Shown: positions 57,436 through 64,000 of the stretch, one piece after another | Layout of the letters: every line of letters begins with the position of its first letter | Position numbering within the stretch: position 1 is the stretch's first letter | From: Candidatus Eiseniibacteriota bacterium | GTDB lineage: Bacteria; Eisenbacteria; RBG-16-71-46 | NCBI GenBank assembly: GCA_963707915.1 | Contig: OY970178.1 | Span: 3,328,001-3,392,000 of the forward strand | Reading direction: 5' to 3' | Length of the DNA: 64,000 nt | Notes under the pieces: generated by a model | Database searches by the model: none | What the model was told of the DNA's origin: nothing | Seen by the model: the letters and a program-made list of their open reading frames with translations, nothing else | Translations under genes and position numbers: made by a program

Positions 57436-58416
57436 ATGCCAAAACGAATTCGGAACTTGGTCAAGCGCGGGAAGACGTACGTCTACCGCTACAAGGTGAA
57501 CGGCAGGACGGTCAGGCGAGTCCTCGGGGATGACTACGAGGAAGCTTGCCGACTGCTGCGCTCATTGAAAACCGATGTGACCCAGCCCGGTCCGGACGTC
57601 ACCGTCGAGGATGCCGCTCGGAGGTGGCTTTCGGGCTACGTTCCCACCGTGAGGCGCGAGCAGGACCAGCGTCTCGCGGCGCAGCGGGTCAAGGACTACC
57701 TCGTCCGCTGTCTGGGGTGCCTTCTGCTGCGGAAGCTCACCGGGGATCACGTCCGCGCCTATCGGCTGTGGCTTGAGAAGCACAAGCTGTCTGCGCAGTC
57801 GGTCAAGCATATCCTGTCTGATCTCCGGTGTCTGTTGAACTGGTGCGAGGACGTGGGGCTCACCGATCGGAGCGTCTTTCCCCGGCGCGTCCTTCCGAAG
57901 ATCCAGGAGCGGCCACCGGACCGCCTGACGGATGAGCAGGTAGAGCAGGTCTGCTCCCTGGAGGAACCGTACGGCTTCATTGCGCGGCTGCTCGTCTCCA
58001 CCGGAATTCGCTGGGGGGAGGCGGTGAGCGCGCAGGCGACCGATGTGCAGAACGGCTGGCTCGTCGTGCACCAGACCAAGAGCGGGAAGGTGCGACGCGT
58101 GCCCCTGACAGACGCGCTCGCGGCCCAACTGCGCTTGCGGGTGGGACGGCTGCTGCCGCTCCGCAACGCCGACGGCTTCGCGGTGCAGGTCCGGAAGCGG
58201 ACCGGCATCGAGGGGTTCCACGCGCACCAACTCCGGCACTCGTTCGCGTGCCGGTGGCTGGAGGCGGGGGGCAGCCTTGCGGCCCTGCAAGAGATTCTCG
58301 GGCACGCATCCATCGTGACGACCCAGCGATACGGTCGTCTCGGTGAGGCACATGTGTTGGCGGAAGCGCGGCGAATCCAGGGGCAAGGGGTCACATCGGG
58401 GGTCACACGAGGTTGA
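57436..58416 (+). CDS. int: Tyrosine recombinase / integrase
   Basis: TGIRWGE, TKSGK, HQLRHSF and LGHASIVTTQRY catalytic motifs. Ends 33 bp before the tRNA. Confidence 0.95.
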   Translation: MPKRIRNLVKRGKTYVYRYKVNGRTVRRVLGDDYEEACRLLRSLKTDVTQPGPDVTVEDAARRWLSGYVPTVRREQDQRLAAQRVKDYLVRCLGCLLLRKLTGDHVRAYRLWLEKHKLSAQSVKHILSDLRCLLNWCEDVGLTDRSVFPRRVLPKIQERPPDRLTDEQVEQVCSLEEPYGFIARLLVSTGIRWGEAVSAQATDVQNGWLVVHQTKSGKVRRVPLTDALAAQLRLRVGRLLPLRNADGFAVQVRKRTGIEGFHAHQLRHSFACRWLEAGGSLAALQEILGHASIVTTQRYGRLGEAHVLAEARRIQGQGVTSGVTRG

Positions 58417-58449
58417 CGAAACCTCTCTAAGTCGTGTAAACACGGCCCC

Positions 58450-58540
<91 letters not shown>

Positions 58541-58546
58541 TCCTGC

Positions 58547-58581
58547 AAGGGGTTGCGTCGCCAGCGCGATGCAGCCCCTTT
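58547..58581 (+). terminator. Hairpin downstream of tRNA-Ser(CGA)
   Basis: 15-bp stem AAGGGGTTGCGTCGC/GCGATGCAGCCCCTT. Confidence 0.65.
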
Positions 58582-59082
58582 GCCGTTGAAGAGGCGTCTT
58601 GCTAACGGATTGCTAACAGACGGATCCGCGAGTTGCGCGAAATCGAGGCTGCGGAGCGACGGCTTGCCGTGCGCGGTCGAGGTAGTTCCCGCGGCGGGTG
58701 AGCGTGTCGATGGGGCGGGCAACGCCTGGCTGAGACCTTGTTGAGGTGTTCCGGCAGGCAGTTCAACGGCCGGCCTGGAACCTGCCCACTTGGATCTGCG
58801 GCCTGTGGAAGAGCGATCCGGGGCGGCGATGCGGTCGGCGAGGAAGGCAGCGCCTGCAGGCGTTCCAGCGGGCCGTGCAAGCGGTGCGCCGGGTGTCGGC
58901 GGTCAAGAGCGTTCTACTCCATCCCCGGGGCGCTCCTGTGCCTCCAGTGACAGGCAGTGGAATCTGGTTCGTGGGCTCTTCTTCAGGAGCCTGCATTGGG
59001 AAGGGAGTGTTACTCTAGGTTCACCGAACAGGCGAGGGTCGCCTGTCCGGCAAGCAACCTGTCCAATGGCCTAGAGGCCGTC

Positions 59083-59970
59083 ATGCGTTCTGATTCGCCG
59101 TCTTGCACCGAGCACACCCCTTGCACTCGGCGGCGCGCGCTTCAGACATCCCTGCTGGTCCGGACGTTCCTCTGTTGGGTTGGAGTCCTCGTCATCTGTT
59201 CGACCGCCGCGGCATCCGAGGAGGGACCACGACGCCCGCTTTCTGAGGACGAGCAACTCGCCTTGTCAGTGAGCGAGGCAGATGCGATCGTCATTGGGTA
59301 TGTCGGGCAGCTCAGGGACACCACGTTCGATTCTTGGCCGCACAAGGACCTGACGCTGCGGCCGTTGCGCTGGCTCAAAGGGCCTGGAGGGTCCGCCGAC
59401 CTGCACTTCGGTCTGTTCGAGAATGAAGCGCTATGGCGGGACATCGGGCCCATGGAGAGGGATGGACAGCCGATTGCCGGGGTCTTCTTCCTTCGACGTT
59501 CTCTGGACAGTTGGATGTCTGCTCACTACGGTGCTGGATACAAGAGAGGACGACTCGTCCGCCTCGACCGGCCCACGGACGAGACGCCGGAGACGCGCGC
59601 CATCGAAGCAATGGTGAAGCGACAGAGTCTGGATTCCCTGCTCATCCGGGCGGACTTGGTCATTCTCGGCCACAGTGTGCCTCCCTATAGTGGCAGTCGC
59701 GTGCGGGTGGATAGCGTGCTTGTGGGCTCAGCCCCCGGAGACACCGTCGTGGTCAGCAGCCCCTGCGGCTCCTCGTACACCGACGGTCCCGGGGTGTTCT
59801 TTCTTCGCCGCGTCTCGTTGAACCACTTCGAGACTGTCGATTTCCGCGCAGGCTCCGTCGCGGTGAACGCCGACACCCTTGTGCGCATGGGGATCCCGCT
59901 TGGCAGGGTTCTCCGGCGCACGACCGAACTTCGCTCGCAGCGCAGCGGTGACCGAGGGGGCCGGCCATGA
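59083..59970 (+). CDS. Hypothetical exported protein with two repeated OB-like domains
   Basis: Signal-like segment and an internal repeat (ADAIVIG...GVFFLRR / ADLVILG...GVFFLRR). The start is uncertain. Confidence 0.55.
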   Translation: MRSDSPSCTEHTPCTRRRALQTSLLVRTFLCWVGVLVICSTAAASEEGPRRPLSEDEQLALSVSEADAIVIGYVGQLRDTTFDSWPHKDLTLRPLRWLKGPGGSADLHFGLFENEALWRDIGPMERDGQPIAGVFFLRRSLDSWMSAHYGAGYKRGRLVRLDRPTDETPETRAIEAMVKRQSLDSLLIRADLVILGHSVPPYSGSRVRVDSVLVGSAPGDTVVVSSPCGSSYTDGPGVFFLRRVSLNHFETVDFRAGSVAVNADTLVRMGIPLGRVLRRTTELRSQRSGDRGGRP

Positions 59971-60203
59971 TCAAGCGGGCGATGTGCGTGCTGTTGCTCG
60001 CGGCATCTGTAGCTGCACTGCCAAGAGTTGCTGTGGCCGGAACATGGGAGGGCCTCGGCCGTCTCGCTCGGCGGATGCACCTCGGTCAGTAGCCCGGCCC
60101 GGAACAACTCGGCCAGCTTGCGGGTGCCCCGCCCCCCGCGACCGCCCAGCCCGGCAATCCCGCTTCACCCATCGCAACACCCCATCTCGGAGGTCAAGAA
60201 GCC

Positions 60204-60743
60204 ATGGCTGCGACCACCCTCGACAACCTGCAGGCAGCCTTCGACGGCGAGAGCAACGCGCACGCGAAGTATCTCGAGTTCGCCAGGCAGGCCGACGCCG
60301 AGGGCTACGGCCGGGTGGCGGTGCTGTTCCGCGCGGCGGCGCGTGCCGAGGAGGTCCACGCGAGCAACCACGCCCGGGTGATCTTCCAGAAGGGCGCCGA
60401 GCCGCTGGCCGAGGTCCATGCGGCGGAGGTCCGCAGCACGCGCGAGAACCTGCAGGTGGCGATCGCCGGCGAGACCTACGAGTTCGAGACCATGTACGCG
60501 GGCTTCCTGGCGCAGGCCCGGGCGGAGGGGGACGCGGCGGCCGAGCGCACGTTCCGCTTCGCGAGCGAGGCCGAGAAGGAGCATGCGCGGCTCTACTCGG
60601 AGGCGCTCGCCCATCTCGACGACTGGCGGGCCGCCGCTCCCTTCTTCGTCTGCCCGGTGTGCGGCTGGACGGTGTCGGCGGTGGACTTCGCGCGCTGCCC
60701 GGTCTGCTCCACCAAGGACGAGCGCTTCGAGCAGGTGGCCTGA
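60204..60743 (+). CDS. rbr: Rubrerythrin
   Basis: NLQAAFDGES, AEEVHA, GETYE, AEKEH and CPVC...CPVC motifs. Confidence 0.93.
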   Translation: MAATTLDNLQAAFDGESNAHAKYLEFARQADAEGYGRVAVLFRAAARAEEVHASNHARVIFQKGAEPLAEVHAAEVRSTRENLQVAIAGETYEFETMYAGFLAQARAEGDAAAERTFRFASEAEKEHARLYSEALAHLDDWRAAAPFFVCPVCGWTVSAVDFARCPVCSTKDERFEQVA

Positions 60744-60895
60744 CGCCGGGCGGCCGCCCCGCCGCCGTCCCGCCGCCCCTCGACCCCCGCTCACGACCGC
60801 CCGATCCGCGTCAAGCCCCCGTCTCCGCCTCGGTTTGCCGAGGCCTGCGGCCCGTGGTAACGGTTCCGCCGCCGGTTGGCTCCACGACACGGCAC

Positions 60896-60986
60896 GGAGA
60901 GATGTCCGAGCGGCTGAAGGAGCACGATTGGAAATCGTGTAGGCGCTAATACCGCCTCGAGGGTTCGAATCCCTCTCTCTCCGCCA
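60896..60986 (+). tRNA. tRNA-Ser(GGA)
   Basis: Acceptor GGAGAGA/TCTCTCC, anticodon arm CACGA-TTGGAAA-TCGTG, long variable arm and CCA. Confidence 0.97.
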
Positions 60987-61019
60987 TCCAGTTTCACGAC
61001 CACCCCTGAGGAGCCCTCG

Positions 61020-61547
61020 ATGCGCGCGTTCGTCCCCGAGCTGACGAAACTCCCGAAGCGCAGGGTGCTGACGGTCACCACGGTCGGCAGCCCGAACAAG
61101 GTCGCCCAGCGCTGCGTCAACGCCCTCTTCGGCACGGCCTACCAGACCAAGTTCAAGGTGTTCGCGCCGCTGGGCCGGAAGATGGCGGTCGGTCGGCTGG
61201 CGTGCCGCTGGATGAACGCCCTCAAGGCCCCGCCCTCGAAGTGGGAGGCGCGCTGGGGTCTCGAGGTCCCGGGCTTCGTCACGGGCCGCGACCTGATGCA
61301 GGAGGATCCCAAGACGCGCGTCAAGGTGGCGGACTGGGACTACGGCCTGGTGGCGCAGATCCTCCACAAGGGCCCGTACGCCGAGGAGTGGCCGAGCATC
61401 GAGAAGCTGCAGGCGTTCGTGCAGGAGAAGGGCTACCGCATCGTCGGGCCGCACGAGGAGGAGTACCTGACGCGCCCGGACGTGAAGGTGCCGCGGACCA
61501 TCATCCGCTACCGGGTCAAGAAGCGGGCGGTGCGCAAGCGCGCCTGA
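61020..61547 (+). CDS. GyrI-like small-molecule-binding protein
   Basis: AQILHKGPYAEE, HEEEYL and RTIIRY motifs. Confidence 0.85.
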   Translation: MRAFVPELTKLPKRRVLTVTTVGSPNKVAQRCVNALFGTAYQTKFKVFAPLGRKMAVGRLACRWMNALKAPPSKWEARWGLEVPGFVTGRDLMQEDPKTRVKVADWDYGLVAQILHKGPYAEEWPSIEKLQAFVQEKGYRIVGPHEEEYLTRPDVKVPRTIIRYRVKKRAVRKRA

Positions 61548-61595
61548 GCGGGCGCGGCGTCCGGGCGGCCGGGGGCGTGCCCCGGCGCGTCCCGC

Positions 61596-61623
61596 TTGAC
61601 CTGTCCGGCACCCCTGTTAGAAT
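61596..61623 (+). promoter_or_regulatory. Sigma70 promoter for tRNA-Ala/ffs/dnaX
   Basis: TTGACC-N16-TAGAAT with an extended -10 TG. Confidence 0.7.
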
Positions 61624-61689
61624 GCGCGTCACTCGGTCGCTCGCGCGGTCCTCCAGCATCGGGCGCGCGGGCCGAACCCTCTGTCTTGT

Positions 61690-61765
61690 GGGGATGTAGC
61701 TCAGCTGGGAGAGCACCTCGTTCGCAACGAGGGGGTCGGCGGTTCGAATCCGCTCATCTCCACCA
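61690..61765 (+). tRNA. tRNA-Ala(CGC)
   Basis: GGGGATG acceptor with G3-U70, anticodon arm CCTCG-TTCGCAA-CGAGG and ACCA end. Confidence 0.97.
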
Positions 61766-61772
61766 TCTTCTT

Positions 61773-61871
61773 GGGCCAGGCCCAGCGCAACCCGAACTTG
61801 TGAACCCCGCGAGGACCGGAAGGTAGCAGCGGTAAGCATGAAACTCGGGAGTGCCGCTGTACCCCTGGCCC
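61773..61871 (+). ncRNA. ffs: SRP RNA (4.5S)
   Basis: Conserved AGGACCGGAAGGTAGCAGC domain IV, terminal stem GGGCCAGG/CCTGGCCC and typical position before dnaX. Confidence 0.92.
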
Positions 61872-61984
61872 TTATCCAAAGCCGTCGAGAGACCGCCTGA
61901 GCAGGGACCCGCTCGCGGTGAGGATCCGTGCGGAGCGCGGGTCGGGCGACCTCCCGGCGGCTTGTGGGTAGAATGGGGACTGCC

Positions 61985-63910
61985 ATGGCCCATCGCGCCC
62001 TTGCCCTGAAGTACCGGCCGCAGACCTTCGCCGACATGATCGGGCAGGAGCACGTCACCGCCGTGCTCACTCGGGCGCTCGAGGGCAGCCGCGTCGCCCA
62101 CGCCTACCTCTTCACCGGCGCCCGCGGGGTCGGCAAGACCACCTGCGCGCGGCTGATCGCCAAGGCGCTCAACTGCCAGCAGCGCGGCCTCGGCGGCCAC
62201 AGCGCGGGCGAGCCCTGCAACCAGTGCGACTCGTGCCGCGAGATCACCACCGGCGTCGCCCTCGACGTGTCCGAGATCGACGGCGCCTCGAACCGCGGCA
62301 TCGCCGACGTGCAGGCGCTGCGCGAGAAGGTGCGCTTCACGCCGACCGGCGGCAAGCACCGCGTGGTGATCATCGACGAGGTCCACCAGCTCTCGGGGGA
62401 CGCCTTCGCCGCGCTGCTCAAGACGCTCGAGGAGCCGCCGCCGCACCTGGTGTTCGTCTTCGCCACCACCGACCCGCAGAAGCTGCCCGAGACCATCCGC
62501 TCGCGCACCCAGCGCTTCGATTTCGCGCGCGTGCCGCTGCGCAAGGTCGCCGACCGGCTGCTCGAGCTGCAGCGGCGCGAGGCGGCGGATCCGGAGGGCA
62601 CGCGCTTCGAGCTGACCGAGGGCGCGGCCCTGCTGCTGGCGCACAAGAGCGAGGGCTCGATGCGCGACGCGGTGAGCGCGCTCGACCAGGTGGTCTCGGC
62701 GGGCGAGCCGCAGGTCGACGACGAGTTGGTGCGCCGCGTGCTGGGGATCGCCGACCGCGAGGCGTTCTTCACCATCGCGGGCGCGGTGCTCGAGCGCGAC
62801 CCGAAGGCGGCGCTGCGCGCGCTGCACCAGGCGTTCGAGAAGGGCCTCGAGGCGCGCGACCTGGCCGAGGGGCTGAGCGAGCACATCCGCCACATCCTGG
62901 TGCTCAAGGTGGACCCGGCGGCGGGCGACCTGGTGGCGCTGTCGCGCGAGGACCTCGAGCGGCTGAAGCAGCAGGGTGCGGCGTGGAGCGAGAACGACCT
63001 GCTGCGCCTGCTCAAGCTGGCCTCGGAGGCGCCGTGGCCGATGCGCGACAGCCCGCAACCGCTCATCCACCTCGAAGCGGCGCTGCTGCAGATGGCGACG
63101 CTCGAGCCGGGCGAGACGCTGGCGGAGATCCTGGCCAAGCTGGAAGCGCTCGAGCAGCGGCTGGGCGGCGCGCCGGTCGCGCCGGCGCCCGCGCGCTCCG
63201 CGCCGCCGCTGCCGGGCGGCGGGGGCCAGCGCTCGAGCCTGGCCGCGGCGCCCGCGCGCGTCGCACCGCCCGCGGCCGCCGCGTTCCGCCCGGCGCCGCG
63301 CGCCTCCGTGCCGGCACCCGGGCCGCAGGCCGCCGCGCCCGCCCCGCCGGTCGCCCGCGCGCCGTCGCCGCAGGCCGCCGCGCCCGCCCCGCCGGTCGCC
63401 CGCGCTCCGGCGCCGCCGGCGCCGCTGGCGCCGCCGGCGGTGGCGCTGCAGGCCGCCGCGCCGAAGCCCGCCGAGCCGCTGTGGCCGAGCGTGACGGCGG
63501 GCGCGGACGCCCCGGTCGCCACGCTCGACGCCGAGGTCGAGTGCGACGAGGCGGCCGAGCGCAGCTGGCGCGAGACGCTCGCCGGGCTCAACGTGCGCAA
63601 GCGCATGCTGGGGGCGTTCCTCGAGGAGAGCCACTTCGTGGGGCTCGCCGGCGACGCGTTGGTGGTGGCGATGGACCACGTGCACTGCATGGTCGTGAAG
63701 GAGAAGGAGAATCTCGCGCTGGTCACGGAAGCGGCGCAGCGCGCCTTCGGGCGCGCGCTCGAGCTGCGGTGCGTCCCGCTGGACGCCTCGCAGCAGAAGC
63801 GCCGGCCGGGGCTCGAGGACGTCGCGCCGATGGTCGAGCGCGCGATCGAGTTCTTCCAGGGCGAGGTGATCGAGCCCAAGGTCCGCCGCAGCGAAAGGAC
63901 GGAGGAATGA
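61985..63910 (+). CDS. dnaX: DNA polymerase III subunit gamma/tau
   Basis: KYRPQTF, GARGVGKTT, EIDGASN, IIDEVH, LLKTLEEPP and GSMRDA motifs. Confidence 0.97.
   Translation: MAHRALALKYRPQTFADMIGQEHVTAVLTRALEGSRVAHAYLFTGARGVGKTTCARLIAKALNCQQRGLGGHSAGEPCNQCDSCREITTGVALDVSEIDGASNRGIADVQALREKVRFTPTGGKHRVVIIDEVHQLSGDAFAALLKTLEEPPPHLVFVFATTDPQKLPETIRSRTQRFDFARVPLRKVADRLLELQRREAADPEGTRFELTEGAALLLAHKSEGSMRDAVSALDQVVSAGEPQVDDELVRRVLGIADREAFFTIAGAVLERDPKAALRALHQAFEKGLEARDLAEGLSEHIRHILVLKVDPAAGDLVALSREDLERLKQQGAAWSENDLLRLLKLASEAPWPMRDSPQPLIHLEAALLQMATLEPGETLAEILAKLEALEQRLGGAPVAPAPARSAPPLPGGGGQRSSLAAAPARVAPPAAAAFRPAPRASVPAPGPQAAAPAPPVARAPSPQAAAPAPPVARAPAPPAPLAPPAVALQAAAPKPAEPLWPSVTAGADAPVATLDAEVECDEAAERSWRETLAGLNVRKRMLGAFLEESHFVGLAGDALVVAMDHVHCMVVKEKENLALVTEAAQRAFGRALELRCVPLDASQQKRRPGLEDVAPMVERAIEFFQGEVIEPKVRRSERTEE
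63322..63405 (+). repeat. 45-bp-period tandem repeat in the DnaX Pro/Ala linker
   Basis: PQAAAPAPPVARA encoded twice, at 63322 and 63367. Confidence 0.8.
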
Positions 63911-64000
63911 AGAGTTTCGGTGACATGGTGAAGCAGGCCCAGAAGCTCCAGAAGCAGATGACCGAGGCCCAGGAGAAGCTGGCCGAGATGCGCTTCGAGG
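63907..64000 (+). CDS. ybaB: YbaB/EbfC nucleoid-associated protein (3' truncated)
   Basis: MKSFGDMVKQAQKLQKQMTEAQEKL. ATGA overlap with dnaX and canonical synteny. Confidence 0.9.
   Translation, partial: MKSFGDMVKQAQKLQKQMTEAQEKLAEMRFE

Noticed and set aside
63240..63480. Pro/Ala repeats in dnaX
   Set aside because: Ordinary low-complexity tau linker. No slippery A-tract frameshift site was seen.

Overview
High-GC bacterial chromosome segment. The C-terminal FlgD-Ig/sorting-domain protein and DUF5916 gene suggest an FCB-type lineage such as Ca. Eisenbacteria; this is inference only. Ordinary host genes flank the window: DUF5916, a molybdo-oxidoreductase pair and an M14 peptidase at 1-9.3 kb, and rubrerythrin, tRNA-Ser(GGA), tRNA-Ala(CGC), SRP RNA, dnaX and ybaB at 60-64 kb. 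Between them is a ~48.5 kb composite defence/mobile island (9934-58488) lying upstream of tRNA-Ser(CGA) and delimited by three exact copies of a 40-bp segment covering the tRNA 5' half. It consists of an integrase-less 3.3 kb PARIS-like mini-island and a 45 kb tyrosine-integrase/relaxase/coupling-protein element. The larger element carries two type I CBASS modules, a Bub-like ubiquitination operon, a helicase-Zn finger-PIN-like trio, a radical SAM/methylase/SDR/NACHT/NTase cluster, a Dam-ParB-PRTase trio and type I RM. Two features look new. (1) A large serine recombinase has its own C-terminal coding tail (W-x7-RTWL-x6-LPxL, centred on GTTCGAA) repeated three more times downstream, each copy closing a cargo cassette, which resembles an integron-like array whose att site lies inside the recombinase gene. 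(2) A 21-aa GG-motif peptide, an E2-like gene and a JAB-E1 fusion form an operon divergent from a TPR-HTH regulator. All family calls come from motif recognition by eye, not from database searches.
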